Shown here in pieces: positions 25,601 to 34,795 of a stretch of DNA of 35,305 bases. The notes under the pieces are model-generated. The model saw only the letters and a list, made by a program, of their open reading frames with translations. It did no database searches and had not been told where the DNA came from. The number at the start of each line of letters is the position of its first letter. Position 1 is the first letter of the stretch. The DNA is from an uncultured Leptolinea sp. Lineage in GTDB: Bacteria; Chloroflexota; Anaerolineae; Anaerolineales; Anaerolineaceae. The position numbers and the translations under genes were made by a program. The stretch spans positions 1-35,305 of the forward strand of contig CAYQTY010000001.1 in the NCBI GenBank assembly GCA_964420535.1, read 5' to 3'.

Positions 25601-25650
25601 TTTCAGGTCACATGACCAACAGGTGACGAAAGCCACCTGAAAACATGACC
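25601..25650 (+). promoter_or_regulatory. Candidate NarL-type operator array upstream of the ABC exporter
   Basis: Repeated (A/G)TGAC half-sites, palindrome CAGGTGAC-GAAA-GCCACCTG, and outer TTTCAGGT/ACCTGAAA inverted repeat. Confidence 0.5.
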
Positions 25651-25699
25651 GGAGGGGGCTTATTATTGGCGCGTACATCACAGAAGGAAGGTCATAATA

Positions 25700-26638
25700 A
25701 TGTCAAACATTCTGGAACTGGTCAATGTAACCAAAACGTATAAAACCACGACGGTGGTCGACGATATCTCTTTTTCCGTTAAGCAGGGTGAGATATTCGG
25801 CCTGCTCGGCCCGAACGGCGCCGGAAAAAGCACCACCATCTCCATGTCCACCGGTGTCTTGAAACCCACAGGCGGCCGCATCCTGCTTGACGGGCAGGAT
25901 CTGCGCGCTGACCTGAACCGCTCCAAACGGCTGATCGGTTATGTGCCGCAGGACCTTGCGCTCTACCCCACCCTGAGCGCGCGTGACAACCTGGAATTCT
26001 TCGGCCGCATCTACGGCCTTACCGGCCGCGAGCTGACCGGCCGCATCAACGATGTGCTTAAGATCGTGCAGTTGACCGACCGGGCAAACGATTCCGTAGA
26101 ACATTTCTCCGGCGGTATGAAGCGCCGCGTCAACCTGGCGGCCGGCCTGCTGCACCGCCCGCGCCTGCTGTTCCTCGATGAGCCTGCCGTGGGTGTGGAC
26201 CCGCAGAGCCGCAATGCCATTTTCGAAAGCCTCGAGGTTCTCAACCGCGAGGGGATGAGCATCGTATACACCACGCACTATATGGAAGAAGCCGAACGCC
26301 TGTGCGCCCGCGTGGCCATTGTGGATCACGGCAAAGTGATCGCCATGGACAGGCCGGCCAATCTGATCCAGCGACTGGGTGACGGGATTATCCGGCTTGA
26401 ATTGCAGGATGCCGAGGTCACCGGGTTGGACCAGGCGATCGGTCAACTGGATTCCGTCAAACAGGTCACCCGCCGCGGTAATCAACTTGAGATCCAGTCA
26501 CACCGCTTTGAGCAGACGATCATCGACGCCATGCAGGTGGTCACCCGCCTCAACAGCCGCGTCACCGGCATGAACCTGATGGAAGCCAACCTCGAAACCG
26601 TGTTCCTCAACCTCACCGGACGCTCGATCCGCGAATAA
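25700..26638 (+). CDS. ABC-2 type exporter ATP-binding protein
   Basis: Walker A GPNGAGKS, signature FSGGMKRR, Walker B LLFLDEP, TTHYMEEAE. Confidence 0.95.
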   Translation: MSNILELVNVTKTYKTTTVVDDISFSVKQGEIFGLLGPNGAGKSTTISMSTGVLKPTGGRILLDGQDLRADLNRSKRLIGYVPQDLALYPTLSARDNLEFFGRIYGLTGRELTGRINDVLKIVQLTDRANDSVEHFSGGMKRRVNLAAGLLHRPRLLFLDEPAVGVDPQSRNAIFESLEVLNREGMSIVYTTHYMEEAERLCARVAIVDHGKVIAMDRPANLIQRLGDGIIRLELQDAEVTGLDQAIGQLDSVKQVTRRGNQLEIQSHRFEQTIIDAMQVVTRLNSRVTGMNLMEANLETVFLNLTGRSIRE

Positions 26639-26655
26639 TAGACGAAGGAAAAAAC

Positions 26656-27921
26656 ATGTTCAACCAGATTTTCGCCATTGCATTGAAAGAAATTAAAGTA
26701 CTGTTCCATGACCGCGGTTCACTGATCGCGCTGTTTGGTTTGCCCATTGCCTTCATTCTGGTAATGACTGTCGCGCTGGACGGGGTGTTCACCTCCGGCA
26801 CCAGTGACAAACCCATCGTTATGCTGGTATCCAATCAGGATACGGGCACCCTGGCCGCCAGCGTGGTGAAAGACCTGCGTGCCGCCGAAGGCCTTTCTCT
26901 CGTTGAGACATACGACTGCCTGCCGCTGACCGCCGCGAAGATCGAAGAATTGATCACCGCCAGGCAGTACATGCTGGGTGTGGACTTTCCGGCGGATTTC
27001 AGCGATGCGGTGCTCACCTCCGGGAGCGATCCCGATGCCGCGAAGCCCCTGGTGCGCTTCATCGTGGACCCCACGGCCAACAACCAGATCCTGGCGCCGG
27101 CGCGCGGGCTGGTGGAAGGGCACGTTGAGCGGGTGACGTCTTTCGCGCTGATGGAATCACAGACGCATGCCGGGTTTGCCGCCATAGCGCAGAACGCGCC
27201 GGCCGGTCAACAGGCATTTATGCAGCAGATCGAAAAGGAATTCACCAGCGGGCAGTTGGAAGCCGCCGGATCGGGCGGTGTGGAATACAAGGTTGTATCG
27301 CCGTCGCAGTACAAGATCGACAAAGAGCCCACCTCGGTGGAGCAGAATGTGCCGGCATACACCATTTACGGCGTTTTCTTCATCCTGCAAACCATCGCCA
27401 CCGGTGTTTTTGAAGAAAAGAACAGCGGCGCCTTCCATCGCCTGAAAGCCGCGCCCCTTTCGCGCGCCGCTTACCTGATCGGCAAAGGGCTGGCATACTT
27501 CGGCATCAACCTGATCCAGATCGTGCTGATGTTCGCTGTGGGCGTGCTGGTCTTCCGCATGAACCTCGGGAACGCCCCTCTGGCCATGGTGGTCATCTCA
27601 GTGATCACGTCACTGGCGGCCACCGGCCTCGGAATGATGGTCACCTGCTTTGTACGCTCGCAGGAACAGGCCAGCAGCCTGGGGACGCTGCTCGGTGTGG
27701 TGCTCTCGATCATTGGCGGCATGATGGTCCCCGCGTACGTGATGCCGGACTTCATGCAAAAGATCTCGTGGGCCACGCCGCACGCCTGGGCGCTTTCCGC
27801 CTACCAGGATGTGATCGTGCGCGGGATGGACCTGCCGCAGATCCTGCCGTCACTGGGTGTGCTCAGCCTTTTCGCCCTGGGTTTCTGGGGCATCGCCATC
27901 CTGCGGTTCAAATTCGATTGA
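26656..27921 (+). CDS. ABC-2 type exporter permease
   Basis: IALKEIK N-terminus, large extracellular loop, EEKNSGAFHRLKAAPLSR, IGGMMVP...TPHAWA. Confidence 0.92.
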   Translation: MFNQIFAIALKEIKVLFHDRGSLIALFGLPIAFILVMTVALDGVFTSGTSDKPIVMLVSNQDTGTLAASVVKDLRAAEGLSLVETYDCLPLTAAKIEELITARQYMLGVDFPADFSDAVLTSGSDPDAAKPLVRFIVDPTANNQILAPARGLVEGHVERVTSFALMESQTHAGFAAIAQNAPAGQQAFMQQIEKEFTSGQLEAAGSGGVEYKVVSPSQYKIDKEPTSVEQNVPAYTIYGVFFILQTIATGVFEEKNSGAFHRLKAAPLSRAAYLIGKGLAYFGINLIQIVLMFAVGVLVFRMNLGNAPLAMVVISVITSLAATGLGMMVTCFVRSQEQASSLGTLLGVVLSIIGGMMVPAYVMPDFMQKISWATPHAWALSAYQDVIVRGMDLPQILPSLGVLSLFALGFWGIAILRFKFD

Positions 27922-27964
27922 TGGTTCATTTGCCGGCCGGCGGACTGAAAGGTAGAATCAACCC

Positions 27965-29134
27965 ATGAAATCCACGTCCAACAAACAGTTGATATTTGCC
28001 GGGCTGTTCGGCCTGTTCGCGATCTGGGTCTCCAGCATGGCAACGCTGGAGACCAATTCACAGCGCGGATGGGTCAGCCTGATATTGCTGGCCATCGCCT
28101 TCCTCTTTAATATTCAGAAATATCCGCTACGAATTGCGAAAGCCCGTTGGATCCGCAACATCTTGATGACGGGGCTGGCATCCTGCCTGTTTTTTTTCAA
28201 ATCCGGCTGGAACTTCTTCCCTATTGTGTTTTTCATTCTCGGTCCGCAGGTGATGATCGATTTTCCGCTGAAGATCGGGGTATTCTGGCTGGCAGTATAT
28301 ACCCTGATAACCGGCTTCTTCATGATCTCAGCCTCCGGGCTTGCCGGGTTGATGGACCTTTTGCCGTATACTGCCGGGTATGTGTTTTTCGGTTTCTTCG
28401 GGTGGGCGATGGTGCAGGCACAGAAAGACCGTGAGCGCAGCCAGGAGTTACTGGCTGACCTTCAGGAAGCACATGAAAAATTGCGCCGGTATACCGAAAA
28501 GGTGGAAGAGCTGACCATCACCGAAGAACGCAGCCGCATCGCCCGCGAAATGCACGATACCCTGGGCCACCGGTTGACCATTGCCGCGGTGCAACTGGAA
28601 GGCGCCGCGCGCCTGATCCACACCAATCCGCAAAAGACGGAAACCATTATCAAAACCGTGCATGAACAGGTAAAGGAAGGGCTGGCTGAGCTGCGCCGCA
28701 CCGTGGCCATGATGCGCGCCCCCGTGGATGAAGACCTGCCCCTGCCTCAGGCGTTAACCCGCCTGACCGCCGCTGTGAAAGAAGCCACCGGGCTTAACCT
28801 GAAACTGGAATTGGATGATGGATTGCCGGCGCTTTCGTCCGGTCAACGGCACGCGTTTTTCCGCGCCGCGCAGGAAGGGTTGACCAACATCGAGCGGCAT
28901 GCCAACGCGTCTGAAGCCCGCATCCGCCTGTACCGAGAGGGCGGCCGGGTGAGTCTGCTGATTGAAGATAACGGAATCGGGTTGAACCCGGCCGGTAAAA
29001 AAGAAGGGCTGGGTCTCACCGGCATGCGCGAACGAGCCGGATTGTTGAGCGGGGAGCTGGTCATTCAACCGTGTGAAGGCGGGGGGACAAGCCTGCTTTT
29101 CAGTCTGCCGGTTCAGGAGGAAACTACGCTATGA
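27965..29134 (+). CDS. Membrane sensor histidine kinase (HisKA_3, DesK/NarX type)
   Basis: EERSRIAREMHDTLGH, QEGLTNIERHA, EDNGIG, GLGLTGMRERA. Confidence 0.95.
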   Translation: MKSTSNKQLIFAGLFGLFAIWVSSMATLETNSQRGWVSLILLAIAFLFNIQKYPLRIAKARWIRNILMTGLASCLFFFKSGWNFFPIVFFILGPQVMIDFPLKIGVFWLAVYTLITGFFMISASGLAGLMDLLPYTAGYVFFGFFGWAMVQAQKDRERSQELLADLQEAHEKLRRYTEKVEELTITEERSRIAREMHDTLGHRLTIAAVQLEGAARLIHTNPQKTETIIKTVHEQVKEGLAELRRTVAMMRAPVDEDLPLPQALTRLTAAVKEATGLNLKLELDDGLPALSSGQRHAFFRAAQEGLTNIERHANASEARIRLYREGGRVSLLIEDNGIGLNPAGKKEGLGLTGMRERAGLLSGELVIQPCEGGGTSLLFSLPVQEETTL

Positions 29135-29799
29135 ATCGATCAAAGAAGATCCGCGTACTGCTGGCTGATGATCAACGCCTGATGCGAGACGGTCTGCGCA
29201 CCCTGCTGGAACTGGAGGATGACCTCGAGGTGGTGGGGGAAGCCGAAAACGGCCGCGCCGCGCTTGATCTGGCCGCCAGCCTGCGGCCGGACGTGGTGCT
29301 GATGGATGTGCGCATGCCGGAAATGGACGGGGTGGAAGCCACCCGTCAGCTCGCGGCAAGCCTGCCGGAATGCCGGGTTATCATTTTGACCACGTTCGAT
29401 GACGAGTCCATCATATTCGAGGGGCTGCGGGCAGGAGCGCTGGGGTATCTGTTGAAGGATGTCTCTGGCGAAGAGTTGGCGGCGGCCATCCGCGAGGTAA
29501 ACCGCGGCGGCGCGTTGATCCAGCCGTCGGTGGCGCGCAAAGTGCTGGCTGAGTTCAGCCGGCTGCCCGCCGCGCCGACAGTGTCACCGGTGTCACCGGT
29601 GTTGCCGGGTGACGGGCTTTCGGAGCGCGAGACCGAGATATTGAAACTGGTGGCGCGCGGGCTTTCGAACAAAGAGATCGCCCTGCGGTTAAGCCTCACC
29701 GAGGGCACGGTGAAGAATTACGTCTCCGCGATATTGCAGAAGCTGGGTGTACAAGACCGCACCCAGGCTGCGTTAAAAGCGCGTGAGATGGGGATATAA
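29131..29799 (+). CDS. NarL/LuxR-family response regulator
   Basis: LADDQ, VLMDVRMP, LTTFD, GYLLKD, LSERETEIL...GLSNKEIA...GTVKNYVS; ATGA overlap with the kinase. Confidence 0.96.
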   Translation: MNRSKKIRVLLADDQRLMRDGLRTLLELEDDLEVVGEAENGRAALDLAASLRPDVVLMDVRMPEMDGVEATRQLAASLPECRVIILTTFDDESIIFEGLRAGALGYLLKDVSGEELAAAIREVNRGGALIQPSVARKVLAEFSRLPAAPTVSPVSPVLPGDGLSERETEILKLVARGLSNKEIALRLSLTEGTVKNYVSAILQKLGVQDRTQAALKAREMGI

Positions 29800-29822
29800 C
29801 ATCCTGGATCCAGTCTTAATAT

Positions 29823-30228
29823 ATCCGGCGCGATTTGGTCACCTTATAACGTGTAAGCCCTGACCATCACATAACCGGCGCGAAATAGTCACCTTCCCCC
29901 CGAGGGGGAAGGCCGGGATGAGGGCGAAGTTTGCCGGGTGAATTTTTGTGGACGTGTTCGTCCCCGACGGGCTGGGGCTTCGACAGGCTCAGCCACCGGA
30001 TATACAGGCGTTCCTACGGATGTGAAGACTTCCCGGAAGGCCATGGTGCGTTGAATCCGGCGCAACAAAGTCACCTTCCCCCCGAGGGGGAAGGCCGGGA
30101 TGAGGGCGGGGGCTGCCGGGTACGCATAATTTGGACACGCACGTCACCCGACGTACCGTGGTGAATAAATACCAAATCCAAAATATCCTTACGCACCATG
30201 TAGGGGCGGGTTAGTAACCCGCCCCTAC
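29823..30228. repeat. Mosaic repeat cluster 5
   Basis: GTCACCTTCCCCCCGAGGGGGAAGGCCGGGATGAGGGCG twice (29888 and 30070), a truncated start at 29823, CTTCGACAGGCTCAG at about 29978, and perfect palindrome GTAGGGGCGGGTTA-G-TAACCCGCCCCTAC at 30200-30228. Confidence 0.88.
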
Positions 30229-30293
30229 GCCGGCAAATATGATTCCCATGGATCCGCGTTCAAACCCGATCTACCACAACCCTTACATTAATC

Positions 30294-30333
30294 AAAAACC
30301 CGTTACAGGCAGGGAGCGTTGCCCATAACGGGG
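30294..30333 (-). terminator. Probable intrinsic terminator of the sugar ABC-amylosucrase operon
   Basis: Minus strand CCCGTTATGGGCA...TGCCTGTAACGGG followed by TTTTT. Confidence 0.55.
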
Positions 30334-30353
30334 TGAACTTGCCCCGGGCGGGA

Positions 30354-32341
30354 TTATTCCGCCTGCAGGCAAAGGAACTGGTATGGTTTCATTACAAAAT
30401 CTGCCGGCGGAAAAACCTCACCTGTGAGCAGGTCCGTATAGTGATAGCCCAACCCATACAGTCGCAGCAGATTAGCCTGCACCGGTTGTTCGCGTTCGGT
30501 GAAATTACCCAGCACCAGCACACGTTTATCACCGCCGGCGCGCAGGAACCCGAACACGGCGGAATTTCCCGTATCGATGACGGTCGTTTCATGCCCGGCG
30601 AGCGCCGGATGGGCCTTACGCGCGGCGATGATCTTCTTCAAACCAGTAAACACCCGGCCAGCCGGGGTCTTTTCATTTGCGCGAGACGCGGCGATGTTCC
30701 AGTCAAACGCCGGGCGGTGTACCCAGCGGCTGTCACCCGCCTTATGCGGATCATCTCGGAAGCTGTAGTCGTTCAGCGTGGCAAGTTCGTCACCCAGATA
30801 CAGCAGGGGGATGCCGCCGATGGTCATGGTCACCGAGTGGATCAGTAAAATCCGGTTGACGGCCCACTCAATCCATTCCGGCGCGTTGACCATCTCCGCC
30901 TGTTCCAACCCGGCCAGCGAAGCGCAGGTTCCGGAGATGCGGCAGTCGCCGGTTTTCGGATTCTCCTGGAAGGGCAGTCCGCGGGCGAAGGAGCCTTCAA
31001 AGCGCCCGGTATAGAAATCATTCAGGAATCGGCGGTGGTAATACCCGTTGATCCCCAGCGAACCGGCATCCTCATCTGAGAACGTCCAGCCGATATCATC
31101 ATGGCAGCGAACGTAATTCACCCACGCGCAGCCGGGGTCAACCGCGAACCGCCCGCGCATGGAAGTAGATAACAGATTAACGTTGCGTGTCGCCAGGCTT
31201 TCCCACAGCAGGGCCATCAACAGCGGATTGTACGAAAGCTGACATTCACCCGGCTTGATATAGCGCGCAACTTCGTCAGGGTGCACGATAGCTTCTGATT
31301 TGAAGAGCAGCGCCGGGGCGGCAATGCGCGCGCAGGCGTTGAACGCCTGGATCAGCAAATGCGCCTCGGGCAGGTTTTCACAATTGGTGCCCATCTGCTT
31401 CCAGATGAAAGCCACCGCGTCGAGCCGCAAAACCTCCACGCCGGCGTTGGCCAGCGAGAGCATTTCACGCGCCATGGCAATGAACACCTCGGGATTGCTG
31501 TAATTAAGGTCCCACTGGTACGAGTGGAAGGTCGTCCACACCCAACGCTTGATATCCGGGAACCATGTGAAGGCTCCCGGGTGCTCATCCGGGAAGATCT
31601 CCCGCAGGGTGTGTTCGTAAGCATCCGGCATGGCACGGTCGGGAAACATATAGTAATACCGCTCGAAAACCGGGTCACCGGAACGGGCTTTCACCGCCCA
31701 CTCGTGCTCATGCGCGGTGTGGTTGAACACAAAATCGAGCACCAGGCTGATGCCGTTCCCGCGCAGGTGGCCCGCCAGAGAAGATAATTCCGCCATTGAG
31801 CCGATCTTCGGGTCAACTTCCTGATAGCTACTGATGGCGTAACCGCCGTCATTTTCACCTTCCGGGCAGCGGAACAGCGGCATCAGGTGCAGGTAGGTGA
31901 GCCCGAGTTCCTTGAAATAATTAATCTTTGAAGAAAGGCCCTTCAGGTTCCCGGCAAACAGGTCAACATAACACACGCCGCCCACCTGCCGGTTTGACTG
32001 GAACCACAGCGGATCCTGCTGCCTTGCCCGGTCAAGTGACTTCATTTCCGCCGGGCGCTTCTGCCAGCTTTCAGCGAGCGCCATCAACAGCGATTCGAGA
32101 TGGTAGTAAAAGTCATACTGGCTGCCGTACACCTGCACCAGCGGATTGAACAACGCCTCAAAGTTGGCTTCCAACTGGCGGGTGAACGCCTTCCAGCCTT
32201 CGGGGCCGCCTGGATCTTGATGCGGAGCCAGCCTTCCGGGTCTTTTTCGCTGTATTCACCAAAGGCAGATTCAATACGAGGATACAGCCGGGCAAACGTT
32301 CGCCCGGCTGCATCCGCAGGAAAAGGAGATGTGACAGGCAT
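30354..32341 (-). pseudogene. Amylosucrase/sucrose hydrolase (GH13_4), frameshifted near the 5' end by a 35-bp insertion
   Basis: [62 protein letters not shown]. The N-terminus is in ORF 32084-32341 and the remainder in ORF 30354-32174. Confidence 0.85.
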
Positions 32342-32350
32342 TGCCTGGTT

Positions 32351-33460
32351 TTATCCTTTGACAGAACCGGCCATCATACCGCGCACGAAGTAACGCTGAA
32401 GGGCAAAGAAGATGACCAGTGGAAGCACCATACTGATGAACGCGCCAGAGGTGAGCAGGTGCCAGTCAGCACCCTTTTCGCCCACCATGGCCGCCAACGC
32501 CATGGTCACCACCCGGTTCTGATCGCCCAGGAACACCAGGGCTACCAGGTAGTCATTCCATACCCACAGGAACTGGAAGATGGCGAAGGACGCTAGCGCC
32601 GGAACCGAGAGCGGGAGGATCAACTGTAAGAAGATGGTGAAGTTTGAAGCGCCGTCAATGAACGCCGATTCAAGAATATCTCTTGGTAAAGTGGAGATGT
32701 AATTGAATATCAAATAGACCGCCAGCGGCAAGCCAAAACCGGTGTGAGCCAGCCACATGGCCAGGTAGGTGCCATTCAACCCAAGCCGGGTGTAATCTTG
32801 CAAAATAGGAACCAACGCGAGCTGCAGTGGGACAACCAGCAGGGCGACAACCACAGTAAAGAAGAACTTGCGCCCCGGGAAGTTGATCCATGCGAAACCG
32901 TAGGCGGCAAACGCCGCGATCAGAATGGGAATGATCGTCGACGGAACCGCCACCGCCAGAGAATTCAGAACGGCCACGCTAAAGTTGCTGCCCTTGCGGA
33001 CGATGGTCAAACCTTGCGCGTCTTTGTAGCTGATGTCCTGACCGGTGAGCACATTCTGATAGTTTTCCAGCGTCAGGTTGGCGCTAAACCATTTCCATTG
33101 TTCCTGCTGAACTTTAAGCAGGCGGGTGCGTTTGTTTCCATACCAGGTGATCTTGCGGCCGTCGGGCATGGTCACACCCTCGCGCCATTCGGCAAAGGTA
33201 TGGCTGATGCCGTCAATAACGATGGGGCCGTTTACGTCAACATCGGCATCGAGTTTGATCTCGCCTGTATCCTCCATCCCCATGTGCGGGAGTACCGTCC
33301 ACCAACCGGTGGTGAAGATATCGCGGCTGTCACGGAAAGAGGTGACCAGAACCCCGATGGTGGGGACTGTCCACAGGAGGCAGATCAGAATAAGAACGCC
33401 ATTGACGATGACACTGTTTACGCGTTGTTGGCTGGATTTACTTGCAGCTTTCGATGCCAT
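32351..33460 (-). CDS. Carbohydrate ABC transporter permease (AglG/MalG-like)
   Basis: EAA loop LPRDILESAFIDGAS, FQFLWVWNDYLVAL, LQRYFVRGMMAGSVKG. Confidence 0.93.
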   Translation of the reverse strand: MASKAASKSSQQRVNSVIVNGVLILICLLWTVPTIGVLVTSFRDSRDIFTTGWWTVLPHMGMEDTGEIKLDADVDVNGPIVIDGISHTFAEWREGVTMPDGRKITWYGNKRTRLLKVQQEQWKWFSANLTLENYQNVLTGQDISYKDAQGLTIVRKGSNFSVAVLNSLAVAVPSTIIPILIAAFAAYGFAWINFPGRKFFFTVVVALLVVPLQLALVPILQDYTRLGLNGTYLAMWLAHTGFGLPLAVYLIFNYISTLPRDILESAFIDGASNFTIFLQLILPLSVPALASFAIFQFLWVWNDYLVALVFLGDQNRVVTMALAAMVGEKGADWHLLTSGAFISMVLPLVIFFALQRYFVRGMMAGSVKG

Positions 33461-34581
33461 TAGAACGCCTTCCTTTCCCGGAATTGCCGCAGGTTGTACA
33501 CCATGATCGGGATAATGGCTATCAACAACACAATGGCAATGGCTGAAGCCCGGCCCGAGTTGTTATAAGTAAACCTCTGAATATAAAACTCATTGGCAAT
33601 CACATTCGTACCGTTGTTACCGCCAGTCATCACGCGGACAATGTCGAACAGTTTCAAAGAGAATATCAGGATCGTGGTGGTCACCGTGATCAATGTGCCC
33701 TGAATGTAGGGGATTGTGATGCGGAAGAATGCCTGCACTTCCGATGCGCCATCAACCCGTGCGGCTTCCAGTAATTCTGCCGGGATCCCTTTGATGGCGG
33801 AAGAAAGCAGCACCATGGCGTAACCCGTTTGCATCCACACCATGATCACGATCAACAGGAAGTTATTCCACGGGGGCATCAACAGCCAGGCCTGTGCATC
33901 ACCGCCAAAGGCGATCACAATGGCATTCAGCAGACCAATTTCCTGAATGCCCACACCCTCACCTTTGTAGGCATACACAAATTTCCAGATCACGCCGGAA
34001 CCGACAAAAGAAATGGCCATGGGAAGAAAGATAATGGCCTTATACGCGGATTCCAATTTCGTTCGGTCCGCCAGCACAGCGATTAACAGCCCGAGGATCA
34101 CACTGACCGACGTTCCCACAACCATCCAGAGGAAGTTGTTGCGAAACGCCTCGAGCATGATGCGGTCAGTGAACGCGAAAACGTAATTATCGAAGCCGAC
34201 AAATTTCATGCCGGTCTCATCAATAAAGGAAAGGTACAGTGTGCGAACCACCGGCAGGGCGAGGAACCACATCAGCAGGGCAATAGCAGGGCCGACAAAC
34301 ACATACGGCTGCAGCCGGTGCACCCAGGCCCCCGGCAGTTTTTCGACCAACCAGTTGGAGACATAAAACAGGAGGGCGACCCCACCGACTCCCCAGACAA
34401 TGGCAACCAGCACGATCACCAGCTGCGGCGCTTTGGAGTCACGCAGGAAGATATAGCCCTGCCACAGAATAACAAACGTCAGGATCGGGACAATAAGCGA
34501 AACCAGAATCCGCCCGATATTGGAACCAAACCAGGTGACAATGACATTCTCGCTTGGACTGGTCTTGTCGGTTTTTTGCAT
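33460..34581 (-). CDS. Carbohydrate ABC transporter permease (AglF/MalF-like)
   Basis: FVGFDNY, FLPMAISFVG, WMQTGYAMVLLSSAIKGIPAELLEAARVDGA. Confidence 0.93.
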   Translation of the reverse strand: MQKTDKTSPSENVIVTWFGSNIGRILVSLIVPILTFVILWQGYIFLRDSKAPQLVIVLVAIVWGVGGVALLFYVSNWLVEKLPGAWVHRLQPYVFVGPAIALLMWFLALPVVRTLYLSFIDETGMKFVGFDNYVFAFTDRIMLEAFRNNFLWMVVGTSVSVILGLLIAVLADRTKLESAYKAIIFLPMAISFVGSGVIWKFVYAYKGEGVGIQEIGLLNAIVIAFGGDAQAWLLMPPWNNFLLIVIMVWMQTGYAMVLLSSAIKGIPAELLEAARVDGASEVQAFFRITIPYIQGTLITVTTTILIFSLKLFDIVRVMTGGNNGTNVIANEFYIQRFTYNNSGRASAIAIVLLIAIIPIMVYNLRQFRERKAF

Positions 34582-34741
34582 ACCTGCCTCCTGTCGCGCA
34601 TTTCGATCAAATTCTCCGGTTGGAGAATTGAATGACCATCAGGGGAAAAAATAAAAAAAGGGATAAGAACAGTATAGCAAATCCCTGATGGCATATTCTG
34701 ATTTGACGTAAAGCCCGGAGTGAAAGTGATCGTTTCTTTTT

Positions 34742-34769
34742 GGGGGCAGAGATTCTCATCTCTGCCCCC
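34742..34769. other. Strong intercistronic stem-loop after the substrate-binding protein gene
   Basis: GGGGGCAGAGAT-TCTC-ATCTCTGCCCCC with no U-tract in the transcribed (minus) direction; likely an mRNA-stabilising hairpin. Confidence 0.55.
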
Positions 34770-34795
34770 GGGATAAAGCTACACTACCTCAAAAA

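Noticed and set aside
25703-26485. Long antisense or alternate-frame ORFs (also 1017-1796, 9699-10322, 15520-16095, 20082-20738, 32744-33463)
   Set aside because: They are shadows of well-supported genes in GC-rich DNA and show no recognisable motifs.
29579-29601. GTGTCACCG tandem repeat in the response regulator
   Set aside because: Short in-frame duplication (VSPVSPV) in the interdomain linker; unremarkable.
1-30290. Repeat clusters as a CRISPR array
   Set aside because: No regularly spaced identical direct repeats with uniform spacers and no cas genes. The repeats are palindromic, dispersed and in both orientations.
32285-32310. Hairpin CAGCCGGGC-AAACGTTC-GCCCGGCTG inside the amylosucrase 5' region
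   Set aside because: Single copy within coding sequence with no REP foot; plausible by chance at this GC content.
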